Part shown: one piece after another, positions 51,145 through 64,000 of the stretch
Numbering within the stretch: position 1 is the stretch's first letter
Layout of the letters: every line of letters starts with the position of its first letter
Origin: Amoebidium appalachense
Taxonomy: Eukaryota; Protista; Ichthyosporea
Direction of reading: 5' to 3'
NCBI GenBank assembly: GCA_963693365.1
Contig: CAVNZM010000017.1
Coordinates: forward strand, 4,073,375-4,137,374
Length of the DNA: 64,000 nt
Position numbers and translations under genes: made by a program
Notes under the pieces: generated by a model
Told to the model about the DNA's origin: nothing
Database searches by the model: none
Seen by the model: the letters and a program-made list of their open reading frames with translations, nothing else

Positions 51145-51308
51145 TGTGTAACTTCCGCCACAATATTAAATGCCCCTTCCCTTCCTCACTGTAATGCACA
51201 CCCACCCGCACACCCACACATGTACACATGTGCTTGTGCCCAAGCACGCACGCGCCCGCACACACACCGTGACACACACACACACACACACACGCACACA
51301 CACACACA

Positions 51309-51346
<38 letters not shown>

Positions 51347-51514
51347 TACAACCTGTGTTCAAGCCTCATGATCAGCGTGAGGAGTGTGAGGAGAGGAAGA
51401 GGTTCTCTACACGGTGACATGGAAGGTTTCCGAGCTGTTTTAAAAATTACTCGACTCACATCAATCAACTTTTTTTTTTTTTTTTTTGTTGGTGGGTTGG
51501 GTTGGGTTGGGGGA

Positions 51515-51572
<58 letters not shown>

Positions 51573-52802
51573 GGGTGGTGCTCGCCGACATCCTCTCAGT
51601 GTCACGTCGGGTACACAGTACAGTAGTGGGGCCTTGAAAATCCAGTCACGATATTAATTAAGCATGAAGTATGGGTTGCCGGCCCCGCTATGTTTCTGAC
51701 GCTTGAACATGTTACATGGCATTATTATAATAATACGATATGACATAAATACAATATACCTTCAGTCACCCCGTGACTTTTACCCCCTCCCCCCCCCCCC
51801 CCCCCCCAAAAGGGGGTTAATGTACATGTAGAGTACTAGTGTACATGGCTCCCCCTTCTCCCCCCCCTCCCTCCCCCCCCCCCCCCCTCCCGCCCCCCTC
51901 TTCCTCCCCCCTCCCTCCCCCCTCCCCCCCCTCCACCCACCCACCCAGAAAACTCCTCAATTGCGAAGCGGCTTCAAATTCATCCCACACCACCCACTCA
52001 ACCACACGCGCATGCAGAAACAGACATCGATGCATGCGCACATCATACCTATATATATATACACACACATGCATATGATGAATGATTGCTCAGTTGCGAT
52101 TGCCATTCACGATTGCAAATGCTAATGAATCAACGGTTACATGCATAAAAAGTTTTTATAAAACTATAACAAAACAAACGTAGGAATATGCATGCAAGCA
52201 ACTTGGAGACATACACGGCATGAACTTGCATAGGCAGGCCAAAGCACAGGCAGGCCAATTGAAAAGAAGACACCGACCGAGTCTGACACAAAAATGATAA
52301 TAAGAATCATAAATGGAAAATAAAAAATAAAACAAAAGTAAATGGATTAGCTGGACCAGGTAAACATCGGTAACGATCCACACCACCGGGGTGCTGGTAT
52401 CACCTTTATAACCGTCTTGCTATAAATATATCTCCGTATTTCCCCACATGCGCTGCCGGGTGCTCACCCGAATATTCACGTATATCTCCTTGCGTGCTAG
52501 CAGCTATCGATATCTCTAATAACATAATAACAACATACATACCATAAACAGGTTACGGTAAAAGAAATTCACTTCAGTCAAGAAGAGTACTTACTACACT
52601 GTTCTACTTGAGCAGTAGCCCAATTAAATACAAGCATGCCACATGGGATCACAAGCGCAACACTAACCCCCCCCCCCCCCCCCCCCCCCCCCCGCGCCCC
52701 GCCCGTCCCTCCCCCTCCCCTCCAGGCGCCTCCCTCCCCTCTTCCCCAGCACCGTGTTTACGATTTTCTCTTTTTCATCGCTCGCCACCCCCTCCAAAAC
52801 GG

Positions 52803-52838
<36 letters not shown>

Positions 52839-52859
52839 TTGTGTGTGTGTGTGTCTGTC

Positions 52860-52927
<68 letters not shown>

Positions 52928-53010
52928 TGTGGGTATCTGCCTGTGTGTGTGGGTGTGGGCTGGGTGTCCATGCGCGCATGCCTGTGTGCGTTTCTTTTGT
53001 GTGCGTGTGT

Positions 53011-53067
<57 letters not shown>

Positions 53068-53314
53068 GGAGGGGGGGGAAGAATGAAATACACGATCAAA
53101 AACATGACCTAGAATGTACATACGCCAATTGGCACTTAAATAGTAGCTGCCGGTTGCAGGGGAAACTTTGGTGGGGAGGGAGGTGGGGGGGGGGGGGGGA
53201 GAGTATAAAAGAAAACGAATAGAAAAATACAAGAGGTATGTGAGAAGAAATCAGAAGACAATATGTGATAATAATGTAAGCAAAGGACACGGAAGGAATG
53301 TGATTGGGATTTAC

Positions 53315-53345
53315 CTCCAAGAACCAGAACGTTGGGCTTTGACAT
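53315..53345 (-). other. Duplicate of SDR exon 1 with intact donor
   Basis: ATG TCA AAG CCC AAC GTT CTG GTT CTT GGA G|gtaaatccc, identical to 47850-47820. Confidence 0.85.
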
Positions 53346-55076
53346 TTCGGACTACCCGGTAACCGTGTCTGTGCACTGTGTGTGTGTGTGGGGGGTTAGC
53401 CGTTAGCTTCATGTTGACATCGGGAGGAAAGGGAGGTGGGGTGAGGGGGGAAGGGGGGGGGGGGGGGGGGGAGGGAGGGGGGAAGGGGAGGAGTAGAAGG
53501 AAACTGAATTGTGCTGTACCTTGTGAGATTTCCTTTTGCCAAGAGCATGGTGTGTCTGTGCTTGCCAATGGCTTTGTGCGTGAAAGAAGGTGTGTCCTTG
53601 AAATTACCAGTAGTGTGTGACCAGTATGGTCATTGGCTTGTGTCCAAGTGCACACACCTGTATGTTTACAAAACAAGTTTCTGACCATGTTTCTGTGTTT
53701 TTATGTACTTAGTTGAAAGCGGGGTTTTCCAGAATGGTGCACCTGTGTGCAACATGTGAGAGTGACGTATTTGTGAGATGGGGAAGAGTGAAACGTGTTA
53801 TTTGATCGTGCATTAGGTATGTTTGTGTCTCTTGCAACATGTAGGCTATGTGTGCCCATTACGTATACACAATGTTCTCGCGCGATGGAGCACAACTGTT
53901 TGCACATTGTCAATTATTGCACATGTGCTTTCCAATTGCTTAGATTAGTTGCCGTCAAGGCCGTGTGTAATAAGAACCTACGGCCGCTTGAAGGCAGTGT
54001 TGGCAAGAAATAGAAGAGGGGGGAAATAGTGTGCTGTTTCTGTGTTGGGCTGTATACAAAAGTGACAAACAATCTATACGTTGGAACTCCACGGGGGCCC
54101 GATAGAAGAGTTTAACTGTTTTTCGGGATAGTCGCTGTACATGTGTGACGGAAGTCGCCCATGTTCCAGACTATACCCAGCAACCAACCTCATTATTTAT
54201 CTACAGTTAAAGAGCTCCGGGCTTTAACCTTCTCACCTAAGATTTTCTCTGGGTACTACGAAGTATACCAACACCTCCTGCTTCATCATGTTCTCCTCGC
54301 TCTATCACGTATAAGCTGACTTCAATGATTGTAGCGCGAAAAAGACAGGAAAAGAACATACCTCTTTCACGATTCCTCAGCTCCTTTTTTCGCCCTTCTC
54401 ACTGGCTTTATGACACACAAACATACACACCTATCGAACTTGCTTGAAAGTGCGCTGAAAGCTTCCCGACTTGACCTTTGGGCAACAGTTTTTTTTTGGT
54501 GTTTGGGGAAGTGGCGCAAAAGAAACGCCTACCATTTATGGTAATGGTGCTAGGTATTGGGGGACGCACCTTGGTGCCATTTTAACTAATCATGAATGAT
54601 TAAAAGCTCTTCAATACCTGTTGGGTTCTAAAAGAATAGCAATATGGTATACGTAATGTTATTTAAGGAGTAAAAGCTTCAACAAGAAAAATCATTTATC
54701 TATATACACAGTTTTAATATGTAGGTATATGAGTCAAAGGCCTAATGCTAATATTAAAGACACTTCCAGATTTTTTCAATTTTCATAGAATCTAAGATCA
54801 GAAATGATTGATGAAAGATCATCCGTGCCGGGGGTTTCTAAAAGAAAGTTTCTGAGCCATATAGTCTAAAGTGGTTTTCTCTGCCTGGCGTTTCTGTCGT
54901 CATAGCCATAAAATATCGTCAACAAATGACGTCACATTGAGATGATGAACGCTTTTCCTTGCATCCTTTTTTCTGCTTGTTCACTCACGTACATGTCGAC
55001 ACATCAAACATACACAGTAACGAGCTCCATAACACCAACACGTGCTTCCTCTCCTCTCTCCGCCCTCTGAGCCACT

Positions 55077-55795
55077 ATGGCAGCCATGAGATCGTTGTCC
55101 TGCTGGGCATAGATGAAGTGGGAGAGCCCTTCTTTCTCAAAGATCTCGAGCCTCATCTTTCCGCCGCTTCACAGCGCACATCCCACCCCATCCACTATGT
55201 AGACTTCGACTATGGTGACAATATAGGTGCCGCCAGGGCAGAGCTGAGCAATCTTCTTTCCTCCGGTTCTGTTTCTTCCCTCCTCCTCCCTGGTTTATAC
55301 GACAGCGCGCACAGCGGAGAGGAGTCAGGCATTTTTACACCTGAGGTCACCGCCGCTCTGTGCTCGTTCGTTGCAAACGGGAGTGTAGTTGTGTTCTTTG
55401 GTGGGGATGTGGATTTACCTCTTCTGGGTCAAGTCTTCGGCAAGAAAGATTGGGAGAACCCGAACTACCATCGTACAAACTGGGAGCTAAACCAATAAGT
55501 AGTTGCAGACGCATTTTCTCCCTCCCTTTCTACTTGTCTTCCCCGGGGCTATAGCGCGAAAGCGACCACCATCCTGACGTCCAACCCGAAAGAGAGACTC
55601 TATGTTGCTGCGCGCAATGCAAATACACAGAGTAACGTGTTTGCGTCCATGTCGGTGGATAGCAACGAGGCTCTCTGGGGATGTTTTGCCTACGGCAACG
55701 GGCGAGTGTTTGTGTGCGGCGATGTCAACTATGAGACCCAAACACTGCAGGTTGTTGGGGTTATATGCGAGCATGCGGCACAGAGGCAGATGTGA
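55077..55795 (+). pseudogene. Disrupted paralog of 49532-50224
   Basis: Apparent 1-nt deletion near codon 5 (atg gca gcc atg ag atc vs atg tca ggc aaa aag atc) and in-frame TAA at 55496-55498 where the paralog has GAA; homology continues to TGA at 55795. Confidence 0.75.
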
Positions 55796-55976
55796 GGTCA
55801 GAAAAAGTGTGACATGCTGTTAGTTTATATATTTGTGATTTGCAATGAGTGCGATGTGTGTGTGGTAAGTGTGGCACGAGTGGGCCCATGTTATGTGTCT
55901 TTTTGAAAGATAAATGGAGACGTTCACACCCTAACATACCTGAGGGTTGGGCTGGGTTGGGTGGGTGTGTGTGTGT

Positions 55977-56016
<40 letters not shown>

Positions 56017-56319
56017 CATAACGGGGATGGAACCAATGCATGACAGGTGGCCCGAATGTCCACTCGCACAGATCCTAGGCGAAGCAAAGCGACTAAGAGT
56101 GTAAAAGTAAGGTAATACAAGGAGTAAATGCATGCCGTTTGTTCAAGAAGCCATGTTACTGCTGCTCTCTCACTCATGTCCCGTCTCCTTCAAGTTCTAA
56201 AGAGTGCCCACCGGGGGGGGAAGGAGGATTAGGCTTTTTGTTGCGTGCCCAGAGCACCTGGAGCAGCATTTACTCGTAGTTGTGACTGCTTTTCAAGGGA
56301 ACGTTTTCGAAATACAAAA

Positions 56320-56359
<40 letters not shown>

Positions 56360-56488
56360 AGATTGTGTAAGCATGTTCCAAGTGCGTCACAGCTGACAGT
56401 GGCTTATTCAGTCAGGAAATAGGAATATTTTGCTTTTTGCTGAAGTGGAACCCTAATAAGAACCGGGAAGGGGAGGGGGGGGGAGGGG

Positions 56489-56521
<33 letters not shown>

Positions 56522-57582
56522 TAAATTCTGCTCGTATACTGAATATGTAGTGCTGCCCCGCTGAGAAAAACGGGAACCAGCATTTATTCCGCGCACTGCA
56601 GGTCAGACATCAAGGAGTGAAAGTGTTATAACAATGAGTAGTACGGTGTTGTATATTATGTTTTTGTGATGGAATCAACTTCAAGTTGAACCTACATGTG
56701 TATGTACTCGAAAACTGGGCTCTGTCATCAGGCTATGGTACCCCAGGGCTTGTGTTAAATGAATAAAGTCAAACACTCGTACTGCTTATCTCTGCAGGCT
56801 GGCTGCCCCCTCTCTTCTCCTCCCCCCCCCCCCCCCCCCCCCCCCCCCCAAAAAAAAACACCAGAACATGTGCACATCCAAGTGCATAGGCCTGGCGGTG
56901 TCAGAAACTCTGAGAAGGACTTGAAAGAAGGTGTATGAGTAAAGGAACCTCGGCACGGTTTAACGGAAAAACAAAAATGATGTTACCACGTGGTCGAGGC
57001 ACAGAGCCCAGCAACATTGGCCTTTGGGTGGGTGGATGGGTGTGGGTGGGGTGGTGGTGGTGGTGGTGGGGGGGGGGGAGGGTCACAGGTGGGTGGGTGG
57101 TTGGGGGGGGGGGGCAGTGGGGGGGGGGGGGGGGGGGGGGGGCAAATGGCCATATATGGGGGGGGGGGGGGGGGGGGGGGGGGGGGGCTGCTCGATATAT
57201 TCCCATGGCCAGTTCAGAGTTATCTCAGCTGCAGGTGCATAGAGGTGGGGTCTTCACAAGTTTTCTGATCATGTGATAAGCTTCATTGCGAGTGGGCCAC
57301 CCACCCACCTGCCCCTATACACGTACATACGTTGTTTGGACGCATACATTTCTAAGAATAAATCCCCATGGTCCAACAATTATCATGATGGTATAATGTT
57401 CCGTGTACATGGTGTTCTCTTTCAGTCCTGCTGAGAGTGGGGCCTGTTGGAGCAAAATCAGGTTCAAAAAAAAAAAAAAAAAAAAAAAAAAGTACGTCGA
57501 AGTTCGAGAGGTGCAATCGGACACCGGCCGCCAGTGGTGGCAGAGGTTGCCATGGGTGTAAACAGTGTGTGTGTGTACGTGT

Positions 57583-57613
<31 letters not shown>

Positions 57614-58509
57614 GGGGGGGGGGAGGGGGGGGGGGGGGGAGGTTGAGGTTGAGAGCAACGATCAGTAACGATCCACACCACCGGGGTGCTGGTATCAGCT
57701 TTATGACCGTCTTGCTTCTTTGCCTCGAGTAAACAGCGTAAACCCCCATACATATATCTCCGTATTTCCCCACATGCGCTGCCCGGTGCTCACCCGAACA
57801 TTCACGTATATCTCCTTGTGTGCTAGCAGCTATCTCTAATTCGCCTCAGCTCATGCCTAAAGGCACATCTGTAGGCTGCGCATGAAAAGCCATAAAAAGT
57901 CTTCAAAGTTGTCCTATCTCAAATTCTGCAATACAATGAAAAGAACATGGTGAATAATGCACATGAAAATTCATGAAATCTGTCCTACCTCAATATCTGC
58001 ATTACTCAAAATGGAAAACAGCAAAGAATGTATGGCATATAGTCTAAGAGAGGTCGGTTCGTCTGCCAGTGATACTAATGGTGGTAAAATAGGATTAACA
58101 AAAAGACTGCCGCATAAAGTCACCATACACAAGGAGTAAGCAGGCACACATTTTCTGCTTGCATGTGAGTGTTTTCCATGGCTTGTGTGAATGTTCTTTG
58201 CATGCGTGTCTTAAGCAGGTGGATAAAATGTGCATGTGCACGTGTGTGTGTGTGTGTGTGTGTGGGCACATGTGTCCATGTTAAATTTTGGTTGGGTGCA
58301 AGGGGTAGAGGAAAAAATCAACATGATAGTATGTAACATACGAGCGGTGACACAGAACACAAGCAAAAACATAAAGAAAAGACATGCAATCCAACACCAT
58401 TCGAAACCAGACCAGCTCAACCTATCTAAATAAATACACGACGGAAACGGTTGTCATGAACTTCAAAAAAGAGAAATCATTCTACCACACCCTCTAGTCA
58501 CGAATTGTC

Positions 58510-58544
<35 letters not shown>

Positions 58545-58626
58545 ACACACACTTTCTTAATATTCTCAACGCCATATGACCACACTTTTACTCGTACGAA
58601 CAGCCGTTTTCACCAGGGGTTAAACA

Positions 58627-59748
58627 TCACCCTTTCAACCCATTCCTAATGCTAACACTCGCATCCTGCCCCGGCTCGCCCGGCAACGCCGCAGACAGAA
58701 TCTCACTCGCATCGCTCAACCCATGCACCCCCATACCACCTCCCCCGCTACCTCCGTTATCCCTCTCCCCATCCCCGTTCCCGTTTCCGTTTCCGTTTTC
58801 GTTCCACCTCGAACCCCCCACCACTGTTGTTAATGTCGTTTCACTGGGATGATGTGGTGGTGTCAGTGTCGGTGGTAGTGGGGAAGAATCGCCTATCGTA
58901 AACCCGTTTTCATGCTGATCGTCCGAAGGAAGGCTTTGGAAACTCATTCCAAGTGTGTCTGTCGATCTATTAGGATTACTTTCCGCGTCCCAAAACAAAC
59001 TCGTATCCGCAGATGAACCGGTAAGTGTTCGGGAGAGACGCCGGTGTGGTTGCCTGGGTGGCGAACTCCGATTCTGCGATTTCGGCGTGCCGATTAATGA
59101 CGAAGGTAATTGTTGTTGTTGGTGTTGTGTTTGTTGTTGTTGTTCGTGTTGTGATTTGAGTGACTCGACGTGTTCTTTCGTCAGCGGCAACGCATTTGCG
59201 TCCGTTGAATTTTGCAATTGCGATTGCGATTGTGCATTTGGTTGTGGGTTGGCTTTTAGAGATTCCGCCAGAGTGGTGGCTGAGGTCAACTGAGCAAGAC
59301 TCGTATTGTTACTCATTGGATCGGCGTTTCTCGCCTCTCCCGCCTCGAAATTTCGCGTTCCGTCGCCCGTTTCGCTCGCTCGCTTCGCCGTTACCCCTGC
59401 CGCATCTCTCTCTGTTCTTTCCATAGTCGTATCTTGGCTTTGGCTCATTCCGTTACCCCTTTCTCCGCTAATATTCGTTTTCGTTGTTGTTATCACCGCT
59501 GTTGCCGCCGATGCAACCACCACCGCTCCGGTGGGGTTTTCATTCGCTTCAGTACCGCCCACACCCTCTTTTTGCTTCGCTTTTGTCGGAGAGGATGGAT
59601 TTTGGTAGTCGTTTGCCTTAACGTTCGCATTTCCGGTTGCAGTTGTTGTTGTTGTTGCTGTGTTTTTCTCCCGCCCGTCACCGTCGCCTTCACCGGGTTT
59701 TGTTTCTATTGGGGACGCGACGGGCGTTTTCCCCGTTCCCTCCCTCAT
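58627..59748 (-). CDS. 373-aa low-complexity ORF, probably the PIP5K C-terminal tail
   Basis: Long S/T/N/Q-rich open frame without the intronic homopolymers, directly downstream of the PIP5K exon starting at 59921. Confidence 0.55.
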   Translation of the reverse strand: MREGTGKTPVASPIETKPGEGDGDGREKNTATTTTTATGNANVKANDYQNPSSPTKAKQKEGVGGTEANENPTGAVVVASAATAVITTTKTNISGERGNGMSQSQDTTMERTERDAAGVTAKRASETGDGTRNFEAGEARNADPMSNNTSLAQLTSATTLAESLKANPQPNAQSQSQLQNSTDANALPLTKEHVESLKSQHEQQQQTQHQQQQLPSSLIGTPKSQNRSSPPRQPHRRLSRTLTGSSADTSLFWDAESNPNRSTDTLGMSFQSLPSDDQHENGFTIGDSSPLPPTLTPPHHPSETTLTTVVGGSRWNENGNGNGNGDGERDNGGSGGGGMGVHGLSDASEILSAALPGEPGQDASVSIRNGLKG

Positions 59749-59772
59749 CTTTCTCTTCCACAGCTTGCATGG

Positions 59773-59922
59773 CTATTCTCTCTGTGGGTGTGTTTGTTCG
59801 TGTTGTGGCGGCAAGAGAGGCGACAGCGGGTGGGTGGGGGATTTGGCCCCCGGAGGCGGAGGTGAGGTTGGAGTCACCCGAGGGAGCACCGGAGGTGCGG
59901 AGGGAGTCGATGGTGCTGAGTC

Positions 59923-59978
<56 letters not shown>

Positions 59979-60150
59979 GGGAGGAGGAGGGGAGAGAGGG
60001 GCAGGGGTAGGACGACGGGGGGAGGGGGGGGGAGAACGGGGGAGGGGGGTAAGTGGGTGTGTGTGGGGGTGTGTGTGGATTTACGGACCGGGGAGGGGGG
60101 AGGGGGGAGACAGAGAGGGGGAGGGGGGGGAGGGGCGATGAGCGTGTGGG

Positions 60151-60198
<48 letters not shown>

Positions 60199-60238
60199 GG
60201 GGGGGGAGAAGCGGAAGGGGAGTGAGTGTGAGTGAATG

Positions 60239-60302
<64 letters not shown>

Positions 60303-60835
60303 CGTGTGTGCCCGTGCGTGCACATGTCTCAGTCTCCCCACCAAACCAAAGGAGCCCCTCCCTCCCCTCCCTCCCCCCTCCCCCCGTGTCCCCATCTCTA
60401 CCCTCTACCACCCCCACACAATAACAACAGTAACAGAAAAAATATAATACTAGTAATAGTGATAACAATAATATTAGCAACAAAATCACAACTACAGCTG
60501 CAACTACTGCTGCTGCTGCTACTACTACTGCTTAGTATATTAATAGTGACAACAGCATCAACAACAATACTATCAACAATAACACTAACAATAATAATAA
60601 TATCAATAAAAATAACAGTACACGCCTTTTTTGCTGGCCGGGCCCGTGACCCAGGGGCTGTATTGCTGGGACCCTCAGTACAGACTCGTCCAGTGGCCTA
60701 AACACAACCCCCGTCACAAAGTTCTGGAACCTCTGGCTGTACAGCTCGGGGTTGACTACGCTCACAGTGGCCTGTGTGCGTGTACGTGTGCGTGTACGTG
60801 TGCGTGTGTGTGTGGGGGGGGGGAGGGGGGAGGGG

Positions 60836-60892
<57 letters not shown>

Positions 60893-60941
60893 TGTGTTGT
60901 GGGGGGGGGGGGGGGGGAGAGGGTGTGTGTGCGTGCGTGTG

Positions 60942-60988
<47 letters not shown>

Positions 60989-61249
60989 GTGTGTGTGTTG
61001 TGGGGGGGGAAGGGAGAGGGTGTGTGTGGGTGTGTGTGTTGTGTGTGCGTGTGTGTGTGTGTGGGGGGGGGGGGGAGGGAAAGGGTGTGTGTGTGTGTTG
61101 TGGCCGGGGGAGGGGGGGGGGGGGGGGGGGGGGAGAGGGTGTGTGTGGATGTGTGTGTGTGTGGGGGGGGGGGGGGATGTGTGTGTGTGTGTGTATGGGG
61201 GGGGGGGGGGGGGCTGAGGATGTGTGTGTGTGTGGGGGGGGGGGAGGGA

Positions 61250-61280
<31 letters not shown>

Positions 61281-61547
61281 GTGTTTGTGTGTTGCATGAA
61301 ATAGGGAGGGGCAGAAGGGGAGGGGGAGAGGGAGAGAAGTTAGAATGCTGTATGCGAGATAATGGACATAGGTGCAAAAGGAACAATGGGAAAATGGAGT
61401 CGAACGTGCGAGGAGGGGGAGGGTGGGGGAAGGGGCAGGGTGAGGGTGAGGGTGAGGGGGAGGGGGGGGGGGTTTAAATGCGCCATAAAGTACAAGTACA
61501 CATTGACAACGGACCACACAATGCAGAGCACAAACCACACTGGGCCG

Positions 61548-61581
<34 letters not shown>

Positions 61582-61760
61582 ATAGGGCACAACCACACAC
61601 GTACACACACACAGACGTACACACACGCACCCCGTCATAGAGTATGCTCTTGATCAGGTGCTCTGCCTTCTTCCTCAGCCTGTAGCATTGCAGTATGTCG
61701 ATGATGCCCAGGAACAGAACCACCTTCTTGCCTGTGCTCGTGTAGCCCAGGATACCACCA
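59773..61760 (-). CDS. Phosphatidylinositol-phosphate kinase (PIP5K family), 3' exons; 5' part not identified and probably beyond the window
   Basis: 61760-61631 GGILG...[29 protein letters not shown]; 60771-~60624 [19 protein letters not shown]...VF; next acceptor at 59921. DILQ and SVVNP..Y..RF are PIPK motifs. Confidence 0.88.
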
Positions 61761-61891
61761 CTGTGCACAGCAAAAAGGGAAAAAAAAAGGAAAGAAAGAA
61801 AAGAAAGAAGAAAAAGGTTAGTTTAAGTGCTGACGTGACAGGCGAACACTTTTGAAAAAGTGTGGGAGGAGAGGGGGGGGGGGGGGGGGGG

Positions 61892-62797
61892 TTTGAATGC
61901 GTCAAAAAGTACATAGTACACAAAGAACAAACGGATAACACGATGCAGAATGCAAGCCATACATAAAGAGTATGCATAATAAGCAGAGCCCATCCTCAGG
62001 GGGGGCCCACGTCATCCACAGTACCCGAATTTCGACCTATTCACCTCGTTAACGAAACCCAAATCAGATACTGTTTCACGTGAACATGGGTAGGTCACCC
62101 GTCTTGATCAGAGACGAGCAGGGTTGCTTATGCAGGCAAGGGCAGTGGGAAAGGCCGGGGGTTAAAGTTGCAGCAGTAAGCAGAAGCAAGAAAAATACAG
62201 ATAGGAACTCAGGAGACGGGGCTTCCAGGAAGCTCCCCCGTCGCTACCTAAGTTGATACTTCCCTGGCTAACATACAACACCAGCTGAAAAGAATTAAGT
62301 CCCGAAGGCCGCAGAATTTGCAATCATAGGGGAAAATATGAGATTTGACCCACGCCGCAGGGTAGTAACACGCTTATAGGGCGGAAGTTTATCGTCTTCG
62401 CACGGAAAGCTATGCCCCCGGATGTCAGCCGGAAATATGGTATCACCCATTGCTTTGGGCTTGAAAAAAGCCAAATCGATAGTCCGAGTTATGTTACGCC
62501 GGCGGGTAACATGCCGCATGGGTTCCAAGGGAGCTTTCGCCAACAGAGCGGTGTGTGCATGCGTGCGCGTAACGCAATTTGTGAAGTGTGTCTATAGCTA
62601 TGAAAGGGGGTATGCAGAAGTAGACAGATGAAGTGTGTGGAGAGAAAAACAGTAAGAAGAAAAGTAGACAACGGTGTGTGCAACCCCGCACAACATACGT
62701 ATACCCACACACACACATAAATAAGCGAAGATTACAGGTAATCAACCAGAACAACAAATGACAAGCAAAACAACAGGCGCCAAAAAAAAAAAAAAAA

Positions 62798-62845
<48 letters not shown>

Positions 62846-62942
62846 GGGGGGGGGGGGGGGGGGGGGGGGGGGAGGGGGGGGGGGGGTCTTAGGGATGCTG
62901 CAGAATCGTCAGATATTAGACAAATCGTACCAATACGATCAT
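61892..62942 (-). mobile_element. ~1-kb copy of the repeat family (RNA motif copy D at 61979-62131), G tracts on both sides
   Basis: Matches 41225-42244. Confidence 0.9.
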
Positions 62943-62984
62943 GGGGGAGGGGGGGAGTTGGTGAGTGAGTGGGTGGCTGGGTGG

Positions 62985-63029
<45 letters not shown>

Positions 63030-63154
63030 GGGGGGGGGGGGGGAGGAGGTTTCATCATGGAGTACCATGAAAACATTTACGAGGGATAACTCACAACGCA
63101 AATTGGAGATCCCGGGGGGAAGGGGGGGGGGGGGGGGGGGGGGGGGGGAAGGGC

Positions 63155-64000
63155 GCTTGGCATGCGGAACACGGTACCAAGCACATCTGCACAATAAGAA
63201 ACACGGTGCACGACACATGCACAGACAAACAATCAAGTATGCAGCATCAGCCACACGTAGTATATATGCAACAAACCCAAAACATCATGTATGAGGGGTC
63301 CAAGTCCGAGTTTAGTTTAGTAGCTGCGAGCGATTTTTTTTGGGGGGGGGAGAATGGGGGGGGGGGGGGGGGGGGGGGGTGGAATGCGTCATAAAGTACG
63401 AAGTACACATGTACAACGCAGGGGGGGGAAGGGGGGGGTTGAAAAACCGTAAAGTGTGTTACCGAGTTCGAAGTACACATTCACAAGGACAACACAAGGC
63501 AGAAGCTGCAGAGCACACATAGAGAGTGTGCATCACAAAAAGCAGAGCCCACCCTCGAAGGGAGCCCAAGTCATCCACACGCGCGGGGGAGGGGGGGGGG
63601 GGGTGATGTATGTGTTGAAGGGGTGGAAATATGGAGGAGACAACAAAGAGCAACAACAAAGCATCACAAAGGTGGGAAATCCATAATCAAACAATTTAAG
63701 CATGCAGGAAGAAGACACTTGAACAGAGCCCATCATCAGGGGGGTTCCTATGCCTCCACAAAAGCATGGGTTTCGACTCTTTAACCTCTCGTGCGTGGTT
63801 CCCAACCCATACTTTGTTTCAACAGCAATAGGCGAGTCCACCCGTCTTGGCCAAAGACGAGCAGGGTTGTTCAAGGAGCAGCAATCTAAGAACGCAGAGT
63901 CTACAAAATCTGCAAGCAGACAAAAAAACAAAGAAAGCAAGCAGAGAGATAGAGTATAAGCCGGGCTTCTACAAAGTTCCCCGACTCCCTAACCTATAGA
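63155..64000 (-). mobile_element. Cluster of truncated and divergent family copies (RNA motif copy E at 63718-63875)
   Basis: Fragments at ~63155, ~63380 and ~63438-63580. Full motif 'cagagcccatcatcaggg...tttcgac...cccgtcttggccaaagacgagcagggttg'. Confidence 0.8.

Noticed and set aside
56900-57840. Possible extra exons (also 51340-52520 and 36640-37110)
   Set aside because: Complex sequence, but I could not build a consistent spliced frame or recognise a family.

Overview
Intron-rich eukaryotic (protist-like) genomic DNA whose introns are full of poly-C/poly-G and (CA)n tracts, so most of the ORF track is low-complexity noise. Spliced genes I could reconstruct by hand from GT-AG junctions: NAD-dependent glycerol-3-phosphate dehydrogenase (+, ~1.3-11.9 kb), a WAC-DDT-WHIM ISWI-partner protein (-, 33.8-15.6 kb) with an intron-containing tRNA-Ile(UAU) in one intron, an extended-SDR epimerase/dehydratase (-, 47.9-38.0 kb) and the 3' part of a PIP5K-family kinase (-, from 61.8 kb). 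A ~5.3-kb tandem duplication carries an intronless orphan gene and its pseudogene copy. There are three MITE-like insertions and a foldback. The most striking signal is a dispersed repeat family, usually abutting a poly-G/C tract at one end, that carries a ~155-160-nt double-pseudoknotted RNA motif. Its helices covary across five full copies, and it contains the hammerhead core words (CUGANGA, GAAA, NUH) in a non-canonical order. One locus is a tandem, retrozyme-like pair with a 452-nt period. A second recurring pattern is tandem duplication of splice junctions into the adjacent intron. All structures and coordinates were read by eye; nothing was computed or searched.
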